Of a stretch of 64,000 nucleotides of DNA, positions 25,721-39,450 are shown piece by piece; within the stretch, counting starts at the first letter, position 1; the number at the start of each line of letters is the position of its first letter. A model generated the notes under the pieces. The model worked only from the letters and a program-made list of their open reading frames with translations. It was not told the DNA's origin and searched no databases. Source of the DNA: Lama glama (taxonomy: Eukaryota); the NCBI GenBank assembly GCA_028534125.1, contig CM052832.1:22384001-22448000 (forward strand). The letters run 5' to 3'. A program made the translations under genes and the position numbers.

Positions 25721-26704
25721 ATCTCCAGCATCCATTCTTCTGGAAGATATCAAATTACCTGGTAATGTCAATGAAGTGGTAGGAAAAATGTTTCTCTCCT
25801 GTTTTCTTTCATTTCCATCAGTATCTAGGCGATCTGTCTTCGAAGTAGAGAACGGAAAAGTCACACAACGTTTTGAGATTTGGGGAAGAATTTCCAATTT
25901 ACCCTAATTCTTAGCAGGTAATAACTGCAAGGACACACCTCCACCCACCCCATCTCCTACCAACCTCTATTTGCCTTTTATTCCTTTCTTCTTCTCGTTC
26001 TCTGTCCTTTTTCTTTATATATTGTCACATTATGTATTCAAGAGATAATTACTGAGTATTTATTATGTGCAGAGCCTGTCAGACCAAGGACTGCCAGTAC
26101 CTATGGTGCCCTCAGGCACCAGGTCGCACGGGCCACCCGGGCAGGTGGCAGCAACATGGAGGAGAGGAGTCCAGAGAGACAGGTGGGAGTGCAGGGAGGC
26201 TGGCAACTGGTGATGGGCAGAAGTCCCAGCCTCATTTCTCCAGCCTGAACTGAGGTCAGGAATCTATCCCCCTACGGAAAAAAGGACCTGACAGGGGCCC
26301 TCCTGAAAGAATTGGGATCCTAGGCAACTGATCCACGTAGAGACTGAGAAGGATAAACCAGAGCCCAGTGACTGGATGGGGCCAGTCCCCAGCTGGCCAA
26401 GATCCCACTCCTTGCCAAGGGCAGGGACACTCTGATCAGAGGTAAACACCTCTACTGTTTCTGCTACTGCTCACTGGCCCCGAAGTTAAAGGGTGATTGA
26501 CAAGGAGCTATCTCAGCTCCTGGCCTCTGCTCCCAACATTCCAGTGCAGGACTGGCCTCAAGCCTTCAGAAGCTCAACATCCAGGTATATCCTTGTCCTA
26601 AATGTAGAAGAGGGAAGCAGTATTGAACAAGATAGGGAAGAGAAAGGAGAATGCTTGTGATTCTCAATCACCTGTATCCTCACATAAGAGGGCTGGGATT
26701 ATCC

Positions 26705-26710
26705 TGTGTG

Positions 26711-26741
<31 letters not shown>
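26705..26741. repeat. (TG)n microsatellite
   Basis: Direct reading. Confidence 0.95.
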
Positions 26742-29700
26742 ATGAAGGAAGAATGAGTGATTTCTTTTCTGATACCACATAATGTCTTACAATATATCCA
26801 TTCTCTGGAATAAGTGTTTTTGACTTAAGGCCCATGGCTGGGTTTTAGGAAACTTGTGACTCTGAAACTGTAAGCACCAGTAAAAAAACTTTTTTCTTAA
26901 CGGGGAGGTCCTCAACTTTCTTCAGATCTCCAACACAGTCTGTGACCCAGGTAGCTTGAAAACAGCTGTGCTGAGAGCAACAGATTCTGGGAGCCTGATA
27001 TGTGACAGAGGGAGACCTCTCTCCTCGTGTCACCCCTTCTTTTCTTCGTTTTTCTCCCTTTTAAAAAGCTCCCCCTCCTGAGTTTGCTCCCTTGTAGTGA
27101 GTATTTTCACAAATCCATTTTAGAACACAGAGAAGCATAAATCAGTAATATAGGGTCTAATTCCATCCAAACAACTTTGAGCACTAGCATACCATACCAA
27201 TGACTTTCATTTACATTATCTTAATGCTCAAAACTACTCTAAGAACTAGACGTTTTCTCTTTCTTTTTACTGACAAAGAAATTGAAGTTCAGAGGGGTAA
27301 AGTGACTTGCTAAAGATACACAGCAAGCAAACATTGTGCTGAGACACAAAACCTTTTCCTCTGATCCTGGAAATGGCAAGCTATCTTTCCTCTACCCCAC
27401 AATCCTGCCAGACCGGGGTATGAAGACAAAGACCACAGTGATCAGAGGTTCAGCAGGGTCTCTGACATACCACTGACAATTCTGCATAACCACACAGGTT
27501 ATGAAGCCGCATTTGACTAATAGAGAAACCGAGGCCTGGAAGAGCCTTTGTCAGCAATGTCAAACATGCAGAGGACTGGATTTCTCCATCATCGTTTCTC
27601 CTGAGGCCTTTAAACGAATGGCAACGATGGAGAATAGTCACTTAAAGTAAAAATTCAGAGTACAAAAACACTGACAACCTCATCGTTTGACTGTCTTGAA
27701 TCCCTCTGAGCTTGTAGGGATCCAAACAGGTAGGCCTACCCAGCTAAGAACTGAGGCCTTGATCAGATTATTTGAGATGAAAAAACACTAGTGCTTTTAT
27801 TACCTGGAGACTTCAGGCATCACATTTTTCTTAAAAGAAGGTTTTTTTCAGTCTGGCTTATCTGGATAATCCCCTGGTTCTTAGCTTTGTTTTGCTTGGT
27901 GCCACTCTGATCATAAAGGAGTTGATATTTTTGCAGCAAAATCATTTACAAATTTTACAGAAATAGTGCTCTGAAAAGCCATTTTCAGCAGGGCAAGGGC
28001 TTGTGTTAAATAGGCTTCTCAATCACACACACTCAACACACACACACAATTAGGGATTATTTTGCTGTGCAGAAAGAGCACCTTTATTTTACCTACAGCC
28101 TTCTAAAGCTCCCTTCACCTCACGTAGAAATGCTGCATGATATAAACATAGACCATGTTTACGATCAGCTAATTTTGCCCCTGTTCAATGACCTCTCTCC
28201 CTTTCTCTCTCTCTCCTGCCGTTCATTGCTTTATGCTGTTTAGTGCTCCTAAAAGCCCCAACAAATATCTGAAGAGCTGCGATACCTGCAGTGAGTCCTT
28301 GTTCTGTTAGGAGCTCGCAAGACACACGATGCCAGCGTCACTCCGTAATCTCCTCGTCAAGCCTGCCTCTGTCCCTTCCCATCCTCATTCCAGGAGCCTA
28401 TTAAATTAATGATAGAAGTCCTGCTACAGCGGCCGACATGTTATTGGTGTAGAGCGCCGGTGCTGTTACCGTGTGCCTGTTTTCTCCCCTGGGACATTTA
28501 ATTTCCGCTCCTCAAATGAGCTGCGAAGCTGTGAGGCCTGGCAGTGTTCGTTCTCGGCACTCCGTGATGCAGATAATGAGGGTACTGATAGGTGCCTAGG
28601 AGACTGTGATGGCTCCAAGCGCAGCCATGGTCTGATAATGCTTTACGCCAGCAGTGTCACGGCGGAACCACTATCATCCCTCAAGGAACGGTTCGTCTTT
28701 ATGTGTAATACAGCAGCTGTCGCCTAAATGGCTAATGGGGAAGCAAAGTAGAACCATAGTGCTAGCAATCTTTGTCACTTAATAATTTTAAAGGTATCCG
28801 ACTTCAGTGGCTCCTGCAAGTTCTAATAAAAGTGCACTTGCTGCTTTTTTTTTTTTTTGCTGTTTGTGGTGGATTAAATGTAAATTGAGAAATCTGCGGT
28901 GCTGTTCTGTGCAAATCTAATTTAGTATCATCTGAATAGCCAAGTAATTAAAATGTATTATAGGTATAAGACGCTGGGATGGTGGAGAGCCTGCCTTTAA
29001 GAGGAAGATTTATTGGACTTGCAGCATCCACTGTGAACCTTCTACAACCACATTAGCTAACATCTGTTGGAAAATGTCGAGATGCAGGGCAGAAGACATG
29101 CATGCAGAATGTATGCTTTCATGAGTTGGAACAGCAAACCAGAAACATGGGGTAGCACTTGCAATTTAAATTAATTAGTAATGGAACCTGTGTCTGCATG
29201 GGCACACACATGCACGCATGAGGGGTATTTGGGTGGGTGAAGGGGCATATGTGTGTACACGTAGGTACATCCAAACACACAGCCTTTCTAATTAACATCC
29301 AACCCCTGCAGAGTAGGAAGTGAAGTTTGATTGGATTTAAGGAGCAGGGTAATAATAAAGGGACAGTTAATACAAACGGTGTCTGTGTTGACACTGCCCC
29401 ATTAGTATTTCCTGGCAGATTATTTTGTTTGCTTTGCCTAAGTGCACAAGATTATAGGAGGTGATTTACTAGGCTAGGGCGCTGGATTCTGAAGGGAAGC
29501 CAAGCTAATTTCAATCACACCTACAACCAGACTGTTAATCTTTGGGGAGTTACTGCACCTGTGCTGGCAAAGGTTAAGAGGCGAGAGATTCTAGGAGGCA
29601 CAGATAGCACAACTGTCCAGGGGAAGGGGTAGAGACAGAATGGACCCATAATTCTCTCAGGGGATGAATCAAAGGACATTTCGAAATCGGAAAAATATGC

Positions 29701-32344
29701 TGGTAGATAAGTGTCAGATATACCGCCCAAACACAAAACATGTTCCAAGGAAACATTGGTCAGGAGACAGTCAAGAGTGCTTGCTAACAGATGAGAGATA
29801 GTCAAATGCATGTGAAATACGTTTAAGCAGCGCTGCAGATCACATTCTTCTCTTTTCATCACTGAGTGGTTTGGGCTTACTGTCAAACGTGAGGCCCACT
29901 AGGGGGAAACGTAACTGGGTGGGATGGGGGAACTGAACTTCCAGATATTTGACATTTTCACTTCATCCCTGCCTTCAAAATTCACTCTGCTATTCTCTTT
30001 CTAAATCTCTGATCAAATATGAGCAAAATTATTGAGAAATTTCAGTGCTGTAATCAACTTCCCTCCAAAGACTGAGCTTCCCCTGCTGAACTCACCTTTG
30101 GAGGACCTTAAACTATCACACACTGGGGGTCCACAGGTACAAGTGCTCAGCTCAGGTCCCCTAAGCCTCCACCTTATTTACAGCACATCTCAGAGGATGT
30201 AGTCATAGCTGACTGTTCTGAATAAATATGTAGATTTTAAGTAAGGTTTTTAAAAGCACTCTCTGGTTTGTGATGTCTGAGCCATACACAGGTATTGACA
30301 CAAGTGTTGGAAACATTTACTAACACCTGCAGTCAGTCTCCTCAGCCATGTGTCTCTTGGCAAGTAAGAAAAGAAACCCATATACAACAGAGTCATCAAA
30401 AAGAAAAATTAGACTGGTAATGCAAAAATGAAAAAAAATTTGCTTTTGCTTAATATAATAATAACACGATGTTCAACATATATTAAAATTGGTAAAAAAT
30501 TTCTTCAGTATTCATTAGAAAATTGCTAATCACCAAGAGCTCCTTGGGAATCCTTATGGAAGTGATTAATAAGCTCTATGTAAAAATCCATTGGAATTTG
30601 GCTTTCCTTAAAGACCACTTAATATAAAAATGTCGTATTTTAGGTCAGATCTTCATTTCATTGCCATTTTAATGGAAAGCACTGTATTTGTGGTTTGAAA
30701 ATCACAGAAAAGATGGTTTTCCTGAGGTAGGAGTTTGAAAGTCGATAGTATCAACATTTTTAAAAAAGGAAGCCAACATATCAAATGTCTTACTTCTCTC
30801 ATTTATTCATAGCAAAGATTTCGCCCCGCATAGAGCACTGAAGTAATGATTGTGCATCTGTTGCTGTAATACAGTGAACTGGGAAGAACTAACTATGTGC
30901 AATTCAATAAAGTATATTTAGCATATTTTCATTGCACCAAATATCAGCTGATCCACCTCTTATTAGTATAAATGGCATAGATTAGTGTCAGGCATTTTCG
31001 ACAGTGAAGAAATTACAGGAGTCTGCAAGGCTCATTAGGCTCTGGCTGCATGTTAACGAGGGGCCAGGCCTTATTAATAAGAAGAGGGAAAGATAAAAAC
31101 TAAGCTGCAAGGAAAAAAAGGGAACAGAACACTCGTTTAAAAATTCTCCAGTATTTAAAAGTAAGAAGACTGCTCTGGGTGATTCTTTTCCTTCCTGACT
31201 TTCTAGACATTTTCGAAGACGTATTCGTCCCCTTTATTTACGTTTTTACCATACGTAAGAAACATTATTCTGTTTTAGTTAATGTCAAATATATAACAGA
31301 AATCGTGTTATTTGAAATGAGTGAGAAGGTTGTCAATTTTTGCTTTTGATTAGCTGTTCTGGAGTCAAGTTCAGGTTTTGTATTTATGCCATCTCATCTT
31401 TCTCCCACCACAACCAGTTAAGGAAGATGGGAAATAACCTGTCTACGCCTACAGAAATAAGAGGATCTGTGTCCCCTCCAAGCTTCCACACTTCACTGTG
31501 TTTGAAAATCTGTAGCAATATTCAAAGAGCAAGCCTTCCTTGGAAAGGAAGGTAAAGAGGAGGATTTCCATAGTGTCATATCCAATGAGGACTTTCCGTT
31601 AACCCAAAAGTCAGTATGATGAATTCTGATTGGAGGAACACAATAACTCCACAATTAGCATTTTGCTTAAATTTTGAGAAATTAATCAATAAAGCCTGAC
31701 ACCAGAGTTCAGGGAAAATAAGCTACACACACAACAGTAAAAATAAGGGTCTTGGCTAAAGACTGTGTTGAATCAGAATTGTGTTAAAACGGCAAAGAAC
31801 TGAAAGCAAAGGAAAACCCTCCAGGCTCAGTATACGCTACAAGATGCTTTTGAAAAAGGGAGAAGGAAAAAAATTACGTATTTGTCAGTCTTGAAAATAC
31901 ACACACACAAACACACACATTCATATACATGCATATACACACATATACACACCCCCAGGGGGGAAATTTTACTGCATAGCGCTTTAAAAGCAACCGCAGA
32001 ATAAAATGTAAATGATTGGTTTTTGACGCAAAAATTAAAACTGCTCATATTTTGCACTTCTGCAGAGCCTTTCATCCAAGAATACTTCCATGATTCTTTT
32101 AGGCTACATTGTTATAAAAAGATAAGCTTTACATGAAAAGAAAGGTAACTGTGCTAAAGCAACAGTCTATTGTTGAACAGTCCACGGGAATTCATCTAAA
32201 GTTTCGGGATGTTTTGAATCATCCTCCATTACGTTTACAATATCCCAAAAGCTTCAAAATTACATCTCTCTTCTACTCATTCCTTTCCATTCTGATTCAC
32301 TGACTGATTTCTCCCCCTCTGAGTTTGAAATGAAGGTAACTGTG

Positions 32345-32700
32345 AGTCAGAAACAGATTCACAGACATGGGAAGCACACTTAACAGTTACCAGGGGGAGG
32401 GAACAGGGGGTGGAAAAGGGATAAATTGGGAGTTTGAGATTTGCAAATACTAACTAATATATATAAAATAGAAAAACAACAAGTTCATACTGTACAGCAC
32501 AGGGAACTATACTCAATGTCTTGCAGTAACTTATGGTGAAAAAGAACATGAAAATGAATGTGTGTATGTTCATGTGTGACTGAAGCATTATGCTGTACGC
32601 CAGAAACTGACACAACATTATAAACTGACTATACTTCAATGGTCAGTATATAAAATAGCCAATATATAAAAATATATAGTTTTTTAAAAAAAAAAAGAAA
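32345..32700 (+). mobile_element. Artiodactyl-type L1 3' end
   Basis: AGAAACAGATTCACAGACAT...GGGATAAATTGGGAGTTTGAGATTTGCA...ACTGTACAGCACAGGGAACTAT...AACTGACTATACTTCAAT followed by an A-rich tail. Confidence 0.88.
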
Positions 32701-35700
32701 GCGAACGGACCATGACTCCTGAGGCTTGTTTTGAACCAGCACTATACTGACATCCTCAGAGTTTCAAAACACTGCCATTTCTGGAAGATGACAATTGTAA
32801 GATGAGATGGACAGTGCTCAGCACTCAGCCCATTTTTGTAATTGCAACATGTCTGCATCCTTCACGACAACAGGGAAATGCATGGATTCTGGGATCCTGA
32901 GTGGTGGGTATTTAATGCCCTCTAGCTTCCACGTCTCAAAATATTCAGATGATTGAGACAGTGGTAACTGGCATCTTAGCCTGCATTAACCTTTTTTAGA
33001 AAGTTTCTTTTCTCTACCTCATTTAGCCTGTATTCACAGACCAATAATTCGTTGCAAATTATTGCAGATATGCAATAATACACTGAGAGTCCTTCTAGGA
33101 AAATTCTGTGCATATACAAAATTATACACTCACATATTTGAATATATGCTTATATAAATGCTGTGGTTTGGGGTACTTTTGGATAAGGCATTTTCTGGGG
33201 TAGCTAAATCCAATTTCCGGGAAGGCAAATCTTTAAAAATAAGAATTAAATGAATATGTCCATTTTAACCATATCAATTTCATCAAGACAACTTCTGTGA
33301 AACAATGCCACAAAAGTTTCTCACAGAGTCAAAGTGAAGGAAGCAATTGTCTCTTTTTTCTTTTTAATCTTTAATATGGATACACAGAAATATTTTCTGG
33401 CCATCATTTTTCAAAGCAGCTCTTACCAATAGAATTGGAATCCAGCTCAAGGAAATTTCGAAAAACTCAAACCTCCCAAATCCCCATCATGAAAGACTGT
33501 GTGTATTACTTGATTTTCTAAAGTGACAAGACGTACATTAAAAAATATTTCTCTTATTGTTACATTTCAGGCACGTTTACTGTTAGCTGCTTGGCTTCAT
33601 TATGTATCATAGTCTGAATCTACAAATCAAGTATAATTAGACTTAGCGAACTGATTGGATTTCTAATTAAGCTGCATTGGAAACAGTGCACAATCAGTAA
33701 ATACTCTGACTAGGTACATTTTAAAGAGCAACTCTTGGGCTTTTTGCTGATGACTAGACACCAGTGTCATTAAATTTGTTGGTGGCAAGCAAATTTTAAA
33801 GCTAAAATAGAGGCAATTAGTAAAGATCTTGAAATATTTAATCACGTTTGTCCAATTAGTGTGCAATTAGGCAGTGGTGTGGCGTGGGACAGGCATTCTG
33901 CTTCCGTGCTTGGTGCAGAAGGATCCCTTTGAAATTTTGCTGTTTAGTTTATTGATATATAAAAAGGAAGTTATGGTTGTAATTTCCAATTTAAAAAAAA
34001 TACTGTGCAGATGGTCTGACTATATATTTAACAATGTTAAACAAATCCAAACAAGGGAAGCATGGTACCTGAAATTACACAGCTGTGATCTGTGAATAAG
34101 CTCTGGATCATGGTAGATTACAGCTGTGCTTTGCTCGATCCTTGAAACTGCCAGGCATCTTATCCTGGAGAAATCGGGAACCTGATAAGCTCACCCCAAC
34201 AGGCCTTAAAATGATTGGCAGCTCCTTCCTTGACCAGACGCACTCTTCCTGGTGGTTAGTTCGGCTCCTAGTTCTGCGCCTCTGAGTTCCAGTGATTTGA
34301 ATTTCATGCAGAGAGATGGGAGGAGATCCTGCAAGAAGGTGATTTGGGAGGTATCGATAAGCAAGACAGCAATGGTACCTGGTGTTCTCACTGCCAACCA
34401 ACAGCTCCTGTCCACTCAGCCATATCCCTGGGATGGGGTAATGTCAGTGGGATGCCCAGCACAAAAGAAAGGAAGAATGTCTCTTATTTTAAACACTTAA
34501 TTTGCATTACTCTGCCACAGAATAGAATACTATTCTCTATAATTTTGCTAGAAAGCAAAGAGCATTTTCCTGACATTCTTGTTGAGATGATCTTTGGAAA
34601 GGCAATACCATTTTCACTTTAGGGGAAGTCCACAGGGAGCAGTTAGACCCAGGGCTGAATGGCTCAAAGACACCTGGGAAGTGTCATTCCACTGAATTAT
34701 CCGATAAGATAATGAGGTGCCGGTAGGAGAAAACTGAGGAACATAAACAGTGTGGGGGGTGGCTGGGGGTGGGAAGAGGAGGGAGCTGTGGGGAGTGGAA
34801 GGATGCACCAAGGAGAACTCGCTATGTACCCAGCTATTCTGTGGAACTTAAGTTTGAGTCAGAGGAATGCCTCCCACTTTCTTTTGGGATGTTGACTTCA
34901 TGCTCAGATTCAACCGCCTAAATACCTTCTTAACTGGGAAACGAAAAGATATATAGATAAATAAACTTGTGTTTCTAAACCCTGGTGACCTAAGAGGGTA
35001 AAATATGTTGAATCTCCGAAATCTAAGGAGGGATTTCTGGATGTAGATCCAGTTTTCCTAGGTGTACTGACATTTCATGTTACCAGATGTAAGTTCAGTC
35101 TGTCTAGATAACTTGGAAACCAGTGAGAGGAAAACCCCTTAGGTATCTACAAATATAAAGGGGAGAGTTCAAAAGAGAAGTACAGTAAAAAATGTCCCTG
35201 AAAAAAATGACAGGTGAATTTATGTGGAGGATGGGATTAGACAACAGGGGAATGTAAGATCTCACAATAGTTTTACTAAGAATTTAGTTTAAAAGCCTCT
35301 ATCATATTTACTTACATATCTACCTTCTTTTCCTAATTTTGGAGGCATTCTTTTTCTAACTTTCTGGAAGCAGGTTACAATTATCATAAGTCGAAGGCAG
35401 ACATTTTGAAATCTTTTGAGTGTAATTAAATTTTATATTGAGATTTAATTACATTCTTAATTAAATTCTATATTTAGAATTTTCATGAATGTGTAATTCT
35501 GAATATAGTGAATTCTAAATTTAAAAATTGAGAACATGAGTGAGTAAGTTAAGCCATGGATCACACTTCTGTCTTGCTCTTGTCCTGGCAGGAATGGGAT
35601 TCTAGGCTGACAATGTCTGCTGCTGAGGATGGTTGTTGTCAAGTCTTGAGACAGAATGTATGCTGAGGCCCTTCTGCCACCCAAGCTGGTAAAGTAGGGA

Positions 35701-35904
35701 AGATTGTGTTGATTTTTACAAAGATGTGGCAGAATGGTACTTGAGTGAGTCTGACAAGGCAAGTTATTTCGTGTTTGGTAGAGCCCTTCTTTGCTTTGTG
35801 GTCTTCCTACGATATTCCCCATGCCCTTCCCTTGGGTCTCTGTGTTTCTCTCTGTGCTTTTCCACACCCCACTCCCACAACCTGCTCTCAGGAAGCCTTC
35901 TGGA

Positions 35905-36097
35905 TAGGACTGCCCAAATTTAGCAAATAAAAATATAGGATGCCCCATTAAATTTGAATTTCAGATAAGCCGTGAATTTTTTTTAAGTGTAAGTATGTCC
36001 ATATATTACATGGGATATACTTATACTAAAATTTTTTTTGTTGCTTAACTGAAATTCAGATTTAACAAGGCATCCTGTATTCAGTCTGGCAATCCTA
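35905..36097. mobile_element. MER53-like palindromic hAT MITE, full length
   Basis: Long inverted repeat TAGGACTGCC...GGCAATCCTA with a perfect 8-bp TSD CTTCTGGA at 35897-35904 and 36098-36105. Confidence 0.9.
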
Positions 36098-36245
36098 CTT
36101 CTGGAACACATTCACACTAAGGTACAAGTAACTGAGAAAAGCAAGCATCACCTTTCTCCCAAGGACAAGTCTATTTTTGTCAGTCAGAAACTGACTGAAC
36201 TGAGAAGTGGAGAGCCTAACATTGAAATTTCAGGCATCCATTAAG

Positions 36246-36592
36246 GTGCTGGTTTCTCAAACTTGGTTGCATATTATAATCACCTGGGGGGCTTTTAAAA
36301 TCCCGATGGCCAGGCCAAAACCCAGACTAATTAATTCAAAATCTCCAAGGATGGGACCCAGGCATCAGTATTATTTAAAGCTCCCTAGTGATTCCAAAGT
36401 ACAGCCAGGGGTGTAAACCACTGAACTAAGGGAGGGTTCTCAACCAAGGCTGCACATTAAGAACTACCCAGAGAATCTAAAAACACGCTTATGTCTGGAT
36501 CCCAGCCCCAGAGGTTCTGGCTTAATTTGTCTGGGTGGGAGTCTGGCATCCATAGTTTTTAAACCTCCCTGTGTGATACAGAATCACTGAGT
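36246..36592. mobile_element. Two adjacent MER5-like (hAT-Charlie) elements
   Basis: GGTTTCTCAAACTTGGTTGCATATTATAATCACCTGGGG...AAACCACTG, followed by GGTTCTCAACCAAGGCTGCACATTAAGAA...AGAATCACTG. Confidence 0.8.
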
Positions 36593-38699
36593 TAGAAGGT
36601 ACACAAAAGGGTCTTCTGAGGAGCAATGGGTCATCCTAACACTCTCTAAATCACACTGAAGTCCTAATGTGCCCACATATAAAGTTATCGGTAATGCTTG
36701 GTTTATGTGAGAAAAGACCCCACCTTCCCCCATGGGATCAAGTTTATCTGCTGCTCAGTGTAAATCAGGGGCTTATATTTCAGGGACACTTCGGATGCCC
36801 CTGACAGTGACCTTGAGAAAAAAATCAGATATGACTGTTCAGCATTGAAGGCAATTCTTCTTAAAAAAAAAAAAAAGAGTAAAATCAACTGTGTCCTGCT
36901 GGGCCAGATGGGTAGATCAAGGAGTTGCCATGGAATAAATGATTCTCAGGAGATCTAGAAGACTGAAGGGAGAGAGAGGTTGGACATGAGGAAAACGGTC
37001 AAAGGGAAAAAAGACTCCACAAAAAGAGTGGGGTGGGAAGGAAAATTTTAAGAAGAATCCATTAAACCGAAATGAAGCTTAGCTTGCTAGGAGATACTTT
37101 TGTTTTGTTTTGCTTTGCTTTATTTTCACCACAAACCAAAACAAACCCCAAGGATTTGATGTGTGTGACAGGCAGCATCTAACAGGGACTAGTGACAAAA
37201 TTGGCTGAAATCATACCAACATATGCTGTTGAGTAAACTGACTCTAGAGAGTTGATAGACATCAGCTCCGTATCATTTGTGACCCAGTGTGCCCTTACAG
37301 CAAAACGTATTTGTCCATCTGTCATAGAGTGTGTGGTTCAGAACACGGAAACTCCTTTAAGGTACAGGCCCTGACAAGAGAGGAGCTCAGCTACAAAACA
37401 GTTTTGGCTGAAGTCAGATACGGGGGGAGGTCCGAGAGCAGGTACCAAAGCCCCTTAGGAAGAAGAGTGTGGGCAGACTCGGAGGTGGGCTGAGGTCAGG
37501 GACTCACTGAGAATAGGAGAGGCTTATCCCAATGGGTGCACGCGAGTGTGTGTGTGTATGTTGAGGATGATCCCAGGTGAGGGTCAGCAGGAGCCGAGAA
37601 GTGGGTAACATAAGAAGAATTTGGAAATGCTTGCTGAAATTCCAGAGGAAGTCGCTGGACATCTTTCTGCTTAATTGGAGCCTTTTTCCAGGCCCCTGTC
37701 ACCCTCCTCTGAGAGCATGGTCCTACTGCCAGATCAAGATGTGGATACAGATGTGCACCAGGTTTGCAATGCCTGCTTTGGATAGCCTCTTTCACCAGAA
37801 GCTGCCTTGCTCAGAGCCACTGCAGAAGGAGCAGCCCCCAGGTCCATAGTTTGTACCATGTGTCCCCACACTACCTGGTCTCACAGCTAATTGGGACAGG
37901 TGTGGGTACCCTGCTGCAGAGCAGAAAGCCCTCAGGCTGGACAGCATCGATAACTGTTCAGAAAAAAAGATAGACTGAGTCCATCAGATTTTCTCTCTTG
38001 GAAATAGGAGCTAGACATCGTAACAAATATGTTCAAATGGTGGGAAGGGGGACTACCTGGGGCAGAGCTAAGAGAGGAGAGGCCATGGTAGGTTGTGTTT
38101 AGGGGGACTGGAAACCTTGATGAAGCAAAGGCAGCTAATTATAGAGAAGAAAGAGCAGTAGATACGGCAGAGATACGCTGAGAAACGAGGAGACGTGGAC
38201 AGAAAGAGATAATGCTGCCTTTGAGAGGAAGAGTGGCCGATCCCTGGAGCCACACCGATTTCTAGAGAGTTTTACGGTTTATGGTCCAGTTGCAGTCTGT
38301 GAGCATCCTTACAACACTCCATCCCCTTTTTTTGTATTCTGAATGGGTCTTTGTTTCCCTAACCACAAGCACCCACCTAAAACAGAAGGGCACCATAATT
38401 TGTAGTTCCCAGTGGGAAGAGCTACTAGTAAATGGGCACGGGAGAAAAATCTCCCTTCTTCCAACACCCTTAATGGGTCACCATAGGACAGGTCCGGAGT
38501 GCTATGTAGTGGGGCTCCGGGGACCTTCTCGGTGCTGCTTGTTCTCTGGCTCTTCACAGCCCTCCCTCCCACCATCCTCCTGGTGTGGAATGTTCTCCCA
38601 GCTCCCCCGAGGCTTCCAACTCTAGGTTGTTATAATTTATAATCTCACAACAGTATTTTAAGCCACTGTTCATTTCAGCCCCAGTCCCGAGTAGAACAC

Positions 38700-38910
38700 C
38701 TAGCTTGACGGTCTTAGGAGCTGCCAAGTCACCTCTTGGGGTTACAGGAAATAAGTTCATGTCACCTCCGACTCACCCTCTCTGTGCCTCACATTTCTTA
38801 TTTGTAAAATGAGGATCATGACCACAATTAGGAGAAATGAAATGAATTAACACGGGCAAAGCATTTAGAAGAGTACCCAGGAAATATTAAACTCTCCGTA
38901 TATGTAAGCA
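38700..38910 (+). mobile_element. MIR SINE
   Basis: CTCTCTGTGCCTCACATTTCTTATTTGTAAAATGAGGAT...AAAGCATTTAGAAGAGTACCCAG. Confidence 0.65.
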
Positions 38911-39169
38911 ATTGTGTTCCCCGTTCCCTTCTACTCTCAGGAACTGCCATTCTTTTTATAAACGCACCAACACCCCACCCCCGACTCCCCAACTTGGATG
39001 CCCATTAAAGGTGAGGCTGTCCCTTTTTGGTTGGCCTGTCACCGGCAAAGCCCATTCACAACTCCCGGGAAATAAAAATAGATTCGGTAATAAAATCTAA
39101 CCTTTTTTAAAATCTTCTCTTTTCCTCTGTACTTGGTCTAGTTTCACTTGCTCATAGGGTACCAGGGGC

Positions 39170-39450
39170 AGAGGCCTCGCATCCAGCCCTTCAGGCCAGG
39201 GTTGCTGGCGCCACACGGCATTCCGGACACCTCAGCGGGCGCCCCTGGCTGTGCGCAGAGATGCCTCGAGAGACGCTCAGCCCAAGATGGCGGCGGGGGG
39301 CCGTGTGCAGAGGCTGCGCGGCGCTGCGACCCCGGCTGTGAGCAGCGTAGCGGCCCCGCCCCGCCAAACCCCGCGAGAACTCGCCCCTCCCCCACCCCCA
39401 CTGACCGAGATCCCAGGAAAGCAGCCCCGCCCACAGCCTGTCAGAGCGCA
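39170..39450. promoter_or_regulatory. Small orphan CpG island with YY1 motif
   Basis: Locally dense CpG. CAAGATGGCGGC at 39283-39294, GC boxes (CCCCGCC), NRF1-like TGCGCA at ~39252. Confidence 0.7.

Noticed and set aside
35457..35948. 163-aa minus-strand ORF
   Set aside because: It starts inside the MER53-like element and has no protein-like features.
37440..38330. Possible old LTR element (similar texture at ~7790-8220 and ~9760-10200)
   Set aside because: LTR-like by eye, but I could not assign a family or boundaries reliably. A Dfam search is needed.
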